A stretch of DNA of 64,000 nucleotides from Acidimicrobiales bacterium (lineage in GTDB: Bacteria; Actinomycetota; Acidimicrobiia; Acidimicrobiales; Bog-793), in the NCBI GenBank assembly GCA_052143575.1, contig JBKQSP010000055.1:4880-68879 (forward strand), read 5' to 3'. Below are positions 8,780 through 17,442 of the stretch, in pieces. The notes beneath the pieces are model-generated. The model had not been told where the DNA came from, did not search any database, and saw nothing but the letters and a program-made list of their open reading frames with translations. A program made the translations under genes and the position numbers. Within the stretch, counting starts at the first letter, position 1; every line of letters begins with the position of its first letter.

Positions 8780-8863
8780 GTGTCGAAGCGAACCACGAAG
8801 CGCAAGCTCCGCAAGAAGAAGAAGGCGAACCACGGCAAGAAGCCGAACTGCGGCAGAGGCTGA
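8780..8863 (+). CDS. Very small basic protein, candidate actinobacterial ribosomal protein bL37 (27 aa)
   Basis: GTG at 8780. Translation: (M)SKRTTKRKLRKKKKANHGKKPNCGRG, stop at 8861-8863. The KANHGK(R/K)PN core matches my recollection of mycobacterial bL37. A perfect 8-bp hairpin follows 6 nt after the stop. Confidence 0.55.
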   Translation: MSKRTTKRKLRKKKKANHGKKPNCGRG

Positions 8864-8868
8864 GCCCT

Positions 8869-8888
8869 CGCCCGCCTGAGGGCGGGCG
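8869..8888. terminator. GC hairpin between the convergent bL37-like ORF and the phosphodiesterase gene
   Basis: cgcccgcc-tgag-ggcgggcg forms a perfect 8-bp stem with a 4-nt loop. There is no U-tract, which is common in high-GC actinobacteria. Confidence 0.4.
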
Positions 8889-8894
8889 CCGCCG

Positions 8895-9755
8895 TTAACG
8901 GCGCCAGGTCAGCCCTTTCTCCTGCAAGACAGTGGCGAGCAGGCTTGGCACATCGGAGATGACGCCGTCGGCCCCGACGCCGCAGAGCCGCTCCATCTCC
9001 CCGCGATCGTTGATCGTCCAGGCGTGCACGGCCAGGCCGGCAGCGTGGGCGGCCGTCACGAACGCCTCGTCGACGACGAGAAGGCCCTCGTAACGGGCGG
9101 GGACCTGCAAGGCGACGTGGGACCGCAAGGCTTCGGGAGGATCCTCGCCCGCCCGCATCGCCCGGAAGAAGGCCGCCGAGGCGAGGGTGCCGGCCGACGT
9201 GGCGATCTCCGGGGCGTAGGCCTTGAACCGGTCCGTGGCACCGTCGAGGAACGAGGCGACGATGACGTCGTCGGCGCGGCCCCGCCGCCGGATCACGTCA
9301 GCCAGCAGCTGCTCGTAGCCTGGCACCTCGGGGTCCGTGCGTTTGATGTCCAAATTGAGGGGGACGCCGGCGGTGATGTCGAAGACCTCGTCGAGGGTGG
9401 CGATCCCGAAGCGGTGGTCCGCCGGGGCGCGCCCTCGCAGCGGGTAGGCGCTCGGGTCGCGGTCGCGCTGCACGTCCTCGCCGGGAACGAACCAGTAGGC
9501 GTTGTCCAGCTCCGACAGCTCTGCCAGACTGTGGGAGGCGATCTCGCCGGTTGCATTCGTCGTCCGCTCGAGCGTGGCGTCGTGACAGACGACGAGCTGT
9601 CGGTCGGCGGTGGCGTGCACATCGAGCTCGATGGCGGTGGCGCCATGGGCGATCGCCTCGGTGATGGCATGCAGCGTGCTGGACGCGTTCTCGATGGCGC
9701 CGCCTTGATGGGCGAAGCAGATGACGCGCCGTTCCAGCCAGGGGTTCTCCCTCAC
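8895..9755 (-). CDS. Glycerophosphodiester phosphodiesterase family protein
   Basis: FAHQGGA...ENASSTLHAITEAIAHGATAIELDVHATADRQLVVCHDATLERTTN is the GDPD catalytic signature. The C-terminal segment is VHAWTIND. Confidence 0.85.
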   Translation of the reverse strand: MRENPWLERRVICFAHQGGAIENASSTLHAITEAIAHGATAIELDVHATADRQLVVCHDATLERTTNATGEIASHSLAELSELDNAYWFVPGEDVQRDRDPSAYPLRGRAPADHRFGIATLDEVFDITAGVPLNLDIKRTDPEVPGYEQLLADVIRRRGRADDVIVASFLDGATDRFKAYAPEIATSAGTLASAAFFRAMRAGEDPPEALRSHVALQVPARYEGLLVVDEAFVTAAHAAGLAVHAWTINDRGEMERLCGVGADGVISDVPSLLATVLQEKGLTWRR

Positions 9756-9829
9756 CGTCGCGTGTTTACCAGGTCGTTGCGGCCCGTCGCTGAAACACCG
9801 CCTCCGGCGGGAAGTAACGTCGGCTCGCC

Positions 9830-10435
9830 ATGATCGATCACATCCTCCTCGACGTCATCGGGGCGATCCGTGACGCCTTCGAGGGCGCCCTGCTCGAACA
9901 GCAAGCCGTCGAGGAGCGGTTCCAAATCGACGTCTTCCTCGGGGACCTCTCCTTCGAGACGTCCTACAGCCTGCCCGGCGAGGGCAACCCCGCCCGCGTG
10001 CGCGCCGATCTCACCCTCGACTGGCCGACGTGGAGCCAGAGCGCCTACCGATCCTGGTCGATCGGCGAGGCGCCGGCCGAGCCACCCGAGCTCATCATGG
10101 AGCTCGCCTTCCGCCTGCAGCACCTCGTCGGCGCCCCCGACGTGGGCAAGGTGCTTTCCGTCCTCGACGGCGAAGGGCCCGAGATGGGCGGCGAGCGTCT
10201 CGAGCGGGCGGCTCCCACCCTCGAGCAGTCCTTCGACGGGCTCCCGGAGCCGACGTGCGCCTTCGAAGTGGCCTACCAAGGGAGCCTCCGGCTCGACGAC
10301 GCCATGCTCGAGGATCCGTCCAAGCTGGACGATCAGATCGCCGGGCTCGCTCGCTGGGTGGCGAGCGCCCTCGTGCGCCTCGCCGACCTGCAACTGGCCT
10401 TCCGCCCCCCCGAAGAGGACAGCCGCCCCGCCTGA
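9830..10435 (+). CDS. Hypothetical acidic protein (201 aa)
   Basis: A clean ATG-started ORF filling a gap between genes, with coding-like composition (not the Arg/Pro-rich type of shadow ORFs). I recognise no motif. Confidence 0.55.
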   Translation: MIDHILLDVIGAIRDAFEGALLEQQAVEERFQIDVFLGDLSFETSYSLPGEGNPARVRADLTLDWPTWSQSAYRSWSIGEAPAEPPELIMELAFRLQHLVGAPDVGKVLSVLDGEGPEMGGERLERAAPTLEQSFDGLPEPTCAFEVAYQGSLRLDDAMLEDPSKLDDQIAGLARWVASALVRLADLQLAFRPPEEDSRPA

Positions 10436-10450
10436 GGCGGCCGCAGCGGC

Positions 10451-11527
10451 TCAGGCCGGGTGCAAGCGGTCGCCGGCGGCTTCGCGGAGGCTGACGGCGG
10501 GGCGCGCCCCGAGATGGCTGATGACCTCGGCGGCCGCGAAGCTGCCGAGTCGGAGGGACGCCTCCGGCCCGAGACCGTGCGTCAGCCCGTACATGCACCC
10601 GGCGGCGAAGAGGTCGCCGGCCCCCGTCGTGTCCTCGACGCACACGACGTGGTCGGCTTCGATGACGACCTCGTCATCGGGCGTGATCACCATGGCGCCG
10701 GCGGCGCCGAGGGTGACGACGGCGGCGAACCCCTCGCGGTGGAGGCGCCCGGCGGCTTCGTCTCGGCTCGCCGCCCCGGTGAGCATCATCGTCTCCTCCT
10801 CGTTGCCGAACAGGAGGTCGACGGTGCCCCCGAACACGAGCTGGCGGATGCGCTCGGCGTGGCGGTCGACGACGAGGGGATCCGACAGCGAGAGGGACAC
10901 GAGCGTGGAAGCGGCCCGCGCCAGCTCGAGCGCCCTGGCGACGGCGGCCGAGGCGAGCGGGGGGTCGAGCAGGTAGCCCTCGAAGTACACGACCTTGGCC
11001 CGGTCGACGCCGACGTGCTCGATCGTCTCGATGGCAAGCTCGCCGGCCGCCCCGAGGCTCGTCGCCATGGAGCGCTCACCCCCGTCGGAGATGAGCACAT
11101 GGCAGACGCCCGTCGGCCCGCCGCTCGTCACCGTCGCCACCGAGCAGTGGACACCTGCCTGCTCGAGATCCGTGGCGTACCAGGCTCCCGGGTCGTCGTC
11201 GCCGACCGCCCCGGCAAAGGCGGGCGAGCCGCCGAGGGAGGCGATCCCCGCCGCCGTGTTCGCCGAGCACCCGCCCGCCACCTGGCGCCACTCCGGAAAC
11301 GCCCGCTCGATCTCGCCGGCACGCGCCGCATCCACGAGCGTCATGCCGCCGGCGTCGATGCGGGCGGCCCGCACGTCGTCGAGGTGGGCGTAGGCCAAGC
11401 GGTCGACGAGGGCGTGGCCGACGCAGAGGGCGTCGATCGGTCGCTGGGACAGGTCGTGGGCGGCATACGGCCAGCGGGCATCGAGCACGGGCCGAGACGG
11501 TAGCGGTTCCGGACGGCGCTCACACAC
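10451..11527 (-). CDS. PfkB-family carbohydrate/nucleoside kinase
   Basis: The N-terminal GG motif is GGCSANTAAGIASLGG. The C-terminal motif is VEDTTGAGDLFAAGCMYG (PfkB signature 2). The start is uncertain. Confidence 0.8.
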   Translation of the reverse strand: MCERRPEPLPSRPVLDARWPYAAHDLSQRPIDALCVGHALVDRLAYAHLDDVRAARIDAGGMTLVDAARAGEIERAFPEWRQVAGGCSANTAAGIASLGGSPAFAGAVGDDDPGAWYATDLEQAGVHCSVATVTSGGPTGVCHVLISDGGERSMATSLGAAGELAIETIEHVGVDRAKVVYFEGYLLDPPLASAAVARALELARAASTLVSLSLSDPLVVDRHAERIRQLVFGGTVDLLFGNEEETMMLTGAASRDEAAGRLHREGFAAVVTLGAAGAMVITPDDEVVIEADHVVCVEDTTGAGDLFAAGCMYGLTHGLGPEASLRLGSFAAAEVISHLGARPAVSLREAAGDRLHPA

Positions 11528-11545
11528 TGGCAGTAGCCTTCCGGC

Positions 11546-14194
11546 ATGACGAGCGAGAACGGCGGCGACGCCGACTACCGGCTACCGCGGACCGCTCTCC
11601 CAAGGCGCTACTCCCTCGAGCTGTCGCCGGACATCGCAACCGCCAGCTTCACCGGTCGGGTCGTCATCGAGCTCGATCTCGTTTCGCCCGTCTCCGAGAT
11701 CGTCTGCAACGCCGCCGAGCTGTCGGTGTCCGACGCCACGTTGCGGGCCGCTGACGGAGCGGCCGCCGTCGCCCTCGGCGTCAGCCTGGACGAGCGGATC
11801 GATCGTGTGACGTTCTCCTCCGCGACGACGCTCGAGCCCGGCGCCTACGTGCTCGAGTGTGCGTTCGCCGGGACGCTGAACGACAAGTTGCGGGGTTTCT
11901 ACCGGAGTCGCTTCACCGACCCGGAGGGGACCGAGCACTGGCTCGCCACGACGCACTTCGAGTCCACGGATGCCCGCCGGGCGTTCCCGTGCTTCGACGA
12001 GCCGGACTTCAAGGCGGTCTTCTCCATCACCCTCGATGTCGACGAGAGCCTCTTCGTCGTCTCGAACGGCGCCGAGGTGTCGGTCACCCCGGCCGGCGAT
12101 GGGCGCAAGCGAGTCGCCTTCGAGGACACCATCGTGATGTCCACCTACCTCGTCTGCTTCGTCGTCGGCCCCCTCGAGGCAAGCCCGCCCCACGACTCCG
12201 TCGGCACGCCGATCCGGGTCGTGACGCCGCTCGGCAAGCAGCACCTCACGCCGTTCGCCCTCGAGGTCGCCGTGCACGCCCTCGCCTGGTTCACGGAGTA
12301 CTTCGGGCTGCCCTACCCGGCCTCCAAGCTCGACCTCGTCGACGTCCCCGACTTCGCCCAGGGCGCCATGGAGAACCTCGGCTGCGTGACGTTCCGGGAG
12401 TCCGACCTCCTCTGCGATCCGGCGACGGCATCGGTGTCGGAGCTCTCGCGCATCGCCGAGGTCATCGAGCACGAGATCGCCCACATGTGGTTCGGGGACC
12501 TCGTGACGATGAAGTGGTGGAACGGGATCTGGCTGAACGAGGCCTTCGCCACCTTCATGAGCATCTGCTGCCTCGACGACTTCCGGCCGGAGTGGCGCCG
12601 TTGGGTGTCCTTCGGCCGCGAGAAGGACTACGCCCTCGCCATCGACGCCCTCCACTCGACGCGACCGATCGAGTTCGACGTGCGTGCCCCTGACGAGGCG
12701 GAGGCGATGTTCGACGCCTTGACGTATCTGAAGGGCGGCAACGTGCTCCGGATGCTCGAGCAGTACCTCGGGACCGAGCGGTTCCGCAAAGGCGTGCGCC
12801 GTTATCTCGCCACCCACCAGTTCTCCAACACCGAGACGACCGATCTCTGGGACGCCATCGAGTCGGAGGCCGACGGCGAGCCGGTGCGCGCCGTCATGGA
12901 CAGCTGGATCCTGCAAGGGGGCATACCGCTCGTGACCGCCCGGCGGCAGGGCGACGAGCTCGAGCTCAGCCAAGAGCCCTTCTCGTGGCTCCCCTTGGCG
13001 GTGCACGAGCAGTCCGAGGGCGAACCATCGGCCATCGGCCACTCCTGGGTCATCCCCATCCGTCTCGCAGAACGAGAGCGCGGCACGACGCCGCTCACCG
13101 ACGGCGGCCCGGGCGCCGTGCAGGCGGTGCTGCTCGGCCCCGCCCCCTATGCCACCGAGCCGCTCCGGGTGCGGCTCGGCGACGGCTTGGCCGTCGTCAA
13201 CGCCGGCGGATCGGGCACCTACCGCGTGCGCTACCACGGTCCGCTCTTCGAGGACATCTGCTCCCACCTCGACACCCTCACCGCCCTCGAGCGCTTCAAT
13301 CTCGTGTCCGACACGTGGGCGGCAACCTTGGCGAGGGTGTCGCCTCTCGACGACTTCCTGACGCTCGCTCGCAGCCTGAAGGGCGAGGACGACCCGAACG
13401 TGTGGGCCGTCGTGATCAGCGCCATCAGCTTGCTCGACCTCGCCGTTGCCGCTGACGACCGTCCGGCCCTCCAGCAACTCGTGCGAGCGTTGTTCGGTCC
13501 CGAGCTGGCACGCCTCGGGTTCGAGCCGGTGGCCGGCGAGAGCCAGGAGGTGGCGCGGGCGCGCGCCGCCTTCATCAGCGTCCTCGGCACGATCGGGGCC
13601 GACGAGGGCGTTCGCACCGCCGCCCACGAGGCCTTCGAGGCCTCCCGCCTGGGGGGAGAGCCCCTTCCGGGGGACACGGCCGAGGCCATCCTGCACGTCG
13701 TCGCCTACGCCGGCGGCCGCCCCGAGTTCGAGGCGATGCGGGAGCGCGTCCTTCATCCCATCGACCCCCTCGACCAGTCGAGACACCTCCTGACGATCGC
13801 CGCCACCCGCGTGCCCGAGCTGGCCGCTGAGCTGCGCGAGATGTGTCTCACCGACGTGCGGACCCAAGATGCCCCCTACGTGCTGCGCATGCTGCTTGCG
13901 AGCCGGGCAAACGGGCCTTCCACCTGGGATTTCGTCACACGGCACTGGGCCGAGCTGCGGGAGCGCTTCCCCACCCACGCCATGCCGGCGATACTGGGCG
14001 GCGTCTCCCGCCTGGCGGACATCGACGCCGACGGGCAGCCCATCCTCGCCCGCACCGTCGAGGCGTTCCTCGCCGAGCGCCCCCTCGGCGGTCATCAGCG
14101 CACGATCTCGCAGCACCTCGAGCGACTCGAGGTCAACGTCGGCTTCGTGCAGGAGCAGCGGCCGACGCTCGGCGAGCTGCTCGCCAAGTCCTGA
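11546..14194 (+). CDS. pepN: Aminopeptidase N (M1 family)
   Basis: GAMEN exopeptidase motif (FAQGAMENLG) and zinc motif HEIAHMWFGDLVTMKWWNGIWLNEAF. 882 aa. Confidence 0.95.
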   Translation: MTSENGGDADYRLPRTALPRRYSLELSPDIATASFTGRVVIELDLVSPVSEIVCNAAELSVSDATLRAADGAAAVALGVSLDERIDRVTFSSATTLEPGAYVLECAFAGTLNDKLRGFYRSRFTDPEGTEHWLATTHFESTDARRAFPCFDEPDFKAVFSITLDVDESLFVVSNGAEVSVTPAGDGRKRVAFEDTIVMSTYLVCFVVGPLEASPPHDSVGTPIRVVTPLGKQHLTPFALEVAVHALAWFTEYFGLPYPASKLDLVDVPDFAQGAMENLGCVTFRESDLLCDPATASVSELSRIAEVIEHEIAHMWFGDLVTMKWWNGIWLNEAFATFMSICCLDDFRPEWRRWVSFGREKDYALAIDALHSTRPIEFDVRAPDEAEAMFDALTYLKGGNVLRMLEQYLGTERFRKGVRRYLATHQFSNTETTDLWDAIESEADGEPVRAVMDSWILQGGIPLVTARRQGDELELSQEPFSWLPLAVHEQSEGEPSAIGHSWVIPIRLAERERGTTPLTDGGPGAVQAVLLGPAPYATEPLRVRLGDGLAVVNAGGSGTYRVRYHGPLFEDICSHLDTLTALERFNLVSDTWAATLARVSPLDDFLTLARSLKGEDDPNVWAVVISAISLLDLAVAADDRPALQQLVRALFGPELARLGFEPVAGESQEVARARAAFISVLGTIGADEGVRTAAHEAFEASRLGGEPLPGDTAEAILHVVAYAGGRPEFEAMRERVLHPIDPLDQSRHLLTIAATRVPELAAELREMCLTDVRTQDAPYVLRMLLASRANGPSTWDFVTRHWAELRERFPTHAMPAILGGVSRLADIDADGQPILARTVEAFLAERPLGGHQRTISQHLERLEVNVGFVQEQRPTLGELLAKS

Positions 14195-14303
14195 GGCCCC
14201 GCCGTGCCCCCGCCCGGCGGGCCGGCGCGGCGGCCGGCCGCAACCGACTGGGCGGCCGCAGGACGGAGCCGGCGGCGGGGCTCGGTGGCCGGCTGAGGCC
14301 ACC

Positions 14304-14897
14304 GTGAACCTCGCCATCGCCGCCACCACCATGGTGCTCGTCATCCCGGCCGAGCTGCCGGACAAGACGTTCATCTCCTGCGTCGTGCTGTCGTCGCGAC
14401 ACAAGGCGCTCCCCGTCTGGATCGGGGGCGCCCTCGCGCTGACCCTGCAGGCGCTCCTGGCCGTTGTGGCCGGCCGTCTGCTGGCGCTGCTGCCCCACAC
14501 GACGGTGCGCATCGTCGTGGCCGTGCTCTTCATGGCGGGCGCCGTCTACCTCATCTTCGTGCCCGAGAAGGCACAGGAGGAAAAGGGCGAGCGTCTCGGT
14601 GAGCGGGCCGTCACCGTCGCCTCGAACTGGCGGGTGTTCTTCACGACCTTCAGCATCGTGGCCCTCGCCGAGTTCGGCGACATCACCCAGGTCCTCATCG
14701 CCAACCTGACGGCGCGCTACCGCGACCCTGTCGGGGTGTTCGTCGGGGCGACCGTGGGTTTCTGGATCGTGTCCGGGCTGGGCGTCCTCTCCGGCAAGAC
14801 GATCACCCGCGTCGTCCCCTTGAGCCTGGTGCGCAAGCTCTCCGGCCTCGTCTTGCTCGGCTTCGGCATCTGGACCATCGTGAGCATCGTCAAATGA
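14304..14897 (+). CDS. UPF0016 / GDT1 (TMEM165) family membrane protein, putative Mn2+/Ca2+ transporter
   Basis: Two copies of the family motif E-x-G-D-(K/R)-T are seen as AELPDKTF and AEFGDITQ, each inside hydrophobic repeats. GTG start at 14304. Confidence 0.8.
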   Translation: MNLAIAATTMVLVIPAELPDKTFISCVVLSSRHKALPVWIGGALALTLQALLAVVAGRLLALLPHTTVRIVVAVLFMAGAVYLIFVPEKAQEEKGERLGERAVTVASNWRVFFTTFSIVALAEFGDITQVLIANLTARYRDPVGVFVGATVGFWIVSGLGVLSGKTITRVVPLSLVRKLSGLVLLGFGIWTIVSIVK

Positions 14898-15619
14898 ACG
14901 CGACCGAACAGCCGCCTCCGGCGGGCGTCCCGTCGCCCGCCCTCGCTTCGCGGGTGCTGGAGGCGGCGCGCGCCGCCACCGGCTTCATGCCCGACGACGA
15001 GGGCGTGGCGCTCGCCGCCGTCGCCCGGCTCGTCGCCGCGCTGCCCGCCGAGGGTGGTGGCGAGGTGATCATCGAGGTGGGCGCCTACTGCGGCCGCTCG
15101 ACCCTCTACCTCGCCCACGGGGTGCTGAGCGCCCTCGCCGCCGGGACATCGAGCGCCGCGCCGGTCGTGTTCAGCGTCGACCATCATCACGGCTCCGAGG
15201 AGAACCAGGCCGGCTGGGAGCATCACGACTCCGCCCTCGTCGACCCGGAGACGAGACGGCTCGACACCCTCCCGCACTGGCGACGGGCGATCGAGCACGC
15301 AGGCGTCGAGGGCAACGTCGTGGCTCTCGTCGGCGACTCCCCCACGATCGCCGCCCGCTGGGCCGCAACGGCCGGCCTCGTCTTCATTGACGGCGGCCAC
15401 GGAGCCGAGCCGGCCTGGGCCGACTACCGCGGCTGGGCGCCGAAGGTCGCCGTCGGTGGCTGGCTCGCCATCCACGACGTCTTCCCCGACCCCGCAGACG
15501 GCGGTCGCCCGCCCTACGAGCTGTACCTGCGGGCGCTCGCCTCCGGCGCCTTCGTGGAGGAGGCCGAGCTCGGTCGTGGCAGCTTGCGGGTGCTCCGCCG
15601 CCGGGCGCCCGGGATCTGA
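14894..15619 (+). CDS. Class I SAM-dependent methyltransferase (O-methyltransferase-like)
   Basis: SAM-binding loop IIEVGAYCGRSTLYLA and VFIDGGH, with WLAIHDVF. Its ATG overlaps the stop of the UPF0016 gene (ATGA at 14894-14897). Confidence 0.8.
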   Translation: MNATEQPPPAGVPSPALASRVLEAARAATGFMPDDEGVALAAVARLVAALPAEGGGEVIIEVGAYCGRSTLYLAHGVLSALAAGTSSAAPVVFSVDHHHGSEENQAGWEHHDSALVDPETRRLDTLPHWRRAIEHAGVEGNVVALVGDSPTIAARWAATAGLVFIDGGHGAEPAWADYRGWAPKVAVGGWLAIHDVFPDPADGGRPPYELYLRALASGAFVEEAELGRGSLRVLRRRAPGI

Positions 15620-15658
15620 GGCGGCCGCCGGGCGCCGGCGACGCTCAGGCGGAGGCCC

Positions 15659-16732
15659 TCAGCCTCGCTCTTCCACCTCGACTGACTCGTCGTCGAGGTC
15701 GAGGACCGTCCCGGCCGGCAGCGACCGCCCGAGGAAGAGCCCCGAGGCGGGACCCTTCGCCTCGAGGGCGTCGAGGGCGAGGATCATTGCGGCGGCCGTG
15801 TAGCTGCTCCGCTCGTCGGCCGGGAAGCTCGAGCGCTGCGGGTAGACGAGGCCGGTCATGTAGGAACCGTCCGGGCAGCGCTGGTCCTGCACCCACTCGA
15901 GGAGGCGGGCCGCCTGCTGGCGCCGCCCCAGGCTGAGGAGCGCCATGGCGCACTCGGCCGTCTCGGCGGCCGTCACCCAGGACCGGTCGGACACACAGCG
16001 AACGCCGCGGCCCTCGATGACGAGCTCCGACCAGCGCTCGTCCATGCGCTCGCCGCCCCGCGCCGGGTCGAGGGCGCCGGACAGGACCGGGTAGTACCAG
16101 TCCATGGCGAAGCGCTCCTTCGGCTCGAAGCGCTCCGGCCGATAGGCGATGGCGTGCCGCAGCCGGCCGGCGGCCAGCTCCCAGTCGGGTCGGTCGAGGC
16201 CGATGCGCTCGGCGCAGGCGACGGCGCACCGCAAGCTGAAGTAGGCGGACGAAGACCCCGTAAGGAGGGCGTAGTCGCCCGGCGTGCCGTCGTCGTCGAC
16301 CGACCAGGTCAGCTCGCCACCTGGCTGCTGCCACGAGAGCACGAAGTCGATGGCCGCCTCGAGGACCGGCCAGAACGACTCGATCACGCCGGCATCGCCG
16401 GTCACGAGGTAGTGGTGCCAGATGCCCGTGGCGAGGTAGGCGCAGACGTTGGTGTCGCGCTTGGGATCCTCGACCGACCCGTCCGGCCAGTAGTAGTTGT
16501 GCCACGACCCGTCCGGCAGCTGCGTGCTGCGAAGCCACTCGTAGGCGCGCCGGGCAGCCTCCAGGCGTCCCGCCGTCGCCAGCGCCATGGCGGCTTCCAC
16601 GTGGTTCCAGGGATCGGCGTGGCCGCCCTCGAACCACTGCACCATGCCGTTTCGCAGCTGGCACGCCTCGACGGACTCGGCCGTGGCACGGACCTCGTCG
16701 GGGCTGAGCAGGTATTTGGGGGCGCTGGTCAC
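15659..16732 (-). CDS. Prenyltransferase / squalene-cyclase-like (alpha/alpha)6-toroid repeat protein
   Basis: Repeated Q/D-x-x-DGSW-type motifs (QLPDGSWHNYYW, QQPGGELTWS, RCPDGSYMTG) sit between helical AA-rich segments. Its ATG overlaps the upstream methyltransferase stop (ATGA at 16729-16732). Confidence 0.7.
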   Translation of the reverse strand: MTSAPKYLLSPDEVRATAESVEACQLRNGMVQWFEGGHADPWNHVEAAMALATAGRLEAARRAYEWLRSTQLPDGSWHNYYWPDGSVEDPKRDTNVCAYLATGIWHHYLVTGDAGVIESFWPVLEAAIDFVLSWQQPGGELTWSVDDDGTPGDYALLTGSSSAYFSLRCAVACAERIGLDRPDWELAAGRLRHAIAYRPERFEPKERFAMDWYYPVLSGALDPARGGERMDERWSELVIEGRGVRCVSDRSWVTAAETAECAMALLSLGRRQQAARLLEWVQDQRCPDGSYMTGLVYPQRSSFPADERSSYTAAAMILALDALEAKGPASGLFLGRSLPAGTVLDLDDESVEVEERG

Positions 16733-17442
16733 GATGCATGCTCCACGTACACGACGAAACTCTTACCGATCAACGGGTTCAACAGCTGCTCCGGCAGGCG
16801 CGTGGCGGCCGGCTTGCGCATGATGTCCCACACGAGCAGCCGGTGATAGGCACGCACGGCGGGGTGCTGGTCGTTGCTCGTGCCGACGAGGCACCTGAGC
16901 CACCAGTAGGGGCTGTGAAGGGCATGGGCGTGGTGCGTCCCGCGCACTCGCAGGCCGGCCGAGCCGAGCCGCTCCAGCAGCTGGCGGCGCCGGTAGATGC
17001 GGATGTGGCCGCCCGGGACAGTGTGGTACTCCTGCGAGAGCGCCCAGTTGATCATCTCGGGGCCGTAGCGGGGCACGGTCACCGCCATGCGCCCCCCCGG
17101 CTTGAGGACTCGGGCCAGCTCGGATATGGCCACGGCATCGTCCGGCAGGTGCTCGAGCACCTCGGCGGCGATCACGCGGTCGAAGCTGGCGTCGGGGAAC
17201 GGCAACTGGAAGGCCGTCCCCTGCACCTGGAGGTTGGCGGCTTCCGTCGGTGCCTCGCCGGCCTCGGCCATGGCGGTCATGAGGCTCGTGACACCCTTCA
17301 GCTCGACGGGATCGGCGTCGAAGGCGACGACGAGAGCGCCCCGCCGGAAGCACTCGAAGGCGTGCCGCCCCCCGCCACATCCGAGGTCGAGGACACGCTC
17401 TCCGCTTCGCAGGCCGAGGCGCTCGAAGTCGACGGTCAGCAC
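16729..17442 (-). CDS. Class I SAM-dependent methyltransferase (Methyltransf_11-like)
   Basis: VLDLGCGGGRHAF (motif I), VVAFD, and AAEVLEHLPDDAVAISELARVLKPGGRMAV. A GTG at 17442 overlaps the GT4 stop by 7 nt. Confidence 0.85.
   Translation of the reverse strand: MLTVDFERLGLRSGERVLDLGCGGGRHAFECFRRGALVVAFDADPVELKGVTSLMTAMAEAGEAPTEAANLQVQGTAFQLPFPDASFDRVIAAEVLEHLPDDAVAISELARVLKPGGRMAVTVPRYGPEMINWALSQEYHTVPGGHIRIYRRRQLLERLGSAGLRVRGTHHAHALHSPYWWLRCLVGTSNDQHPAVRAYHRLLVWDIMRKPAATRLPEQLLNPLIGKSFVVYVEHAS

Noticed and set aside
11582-14533. Very long antisense ORFs: 983 aa opposite pepN, 746 aa at 36304-38544 opposite dxs/kdpE, 727 aa at 42091-44274 opposite kdpB, 864 aa at 61327-63921 opposite smc, and 469 aa at 21738-23147 opposite the acyl-CoA dehydrogenase.
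   Set aside because: At about 70% GC, stop codons are rare in the antisense frames. The translations are Arg/Gly/Pro/Asp-rich and low in complexity, with no motifs. The opposite strand encodes unmistakable conserved proteins in each case.
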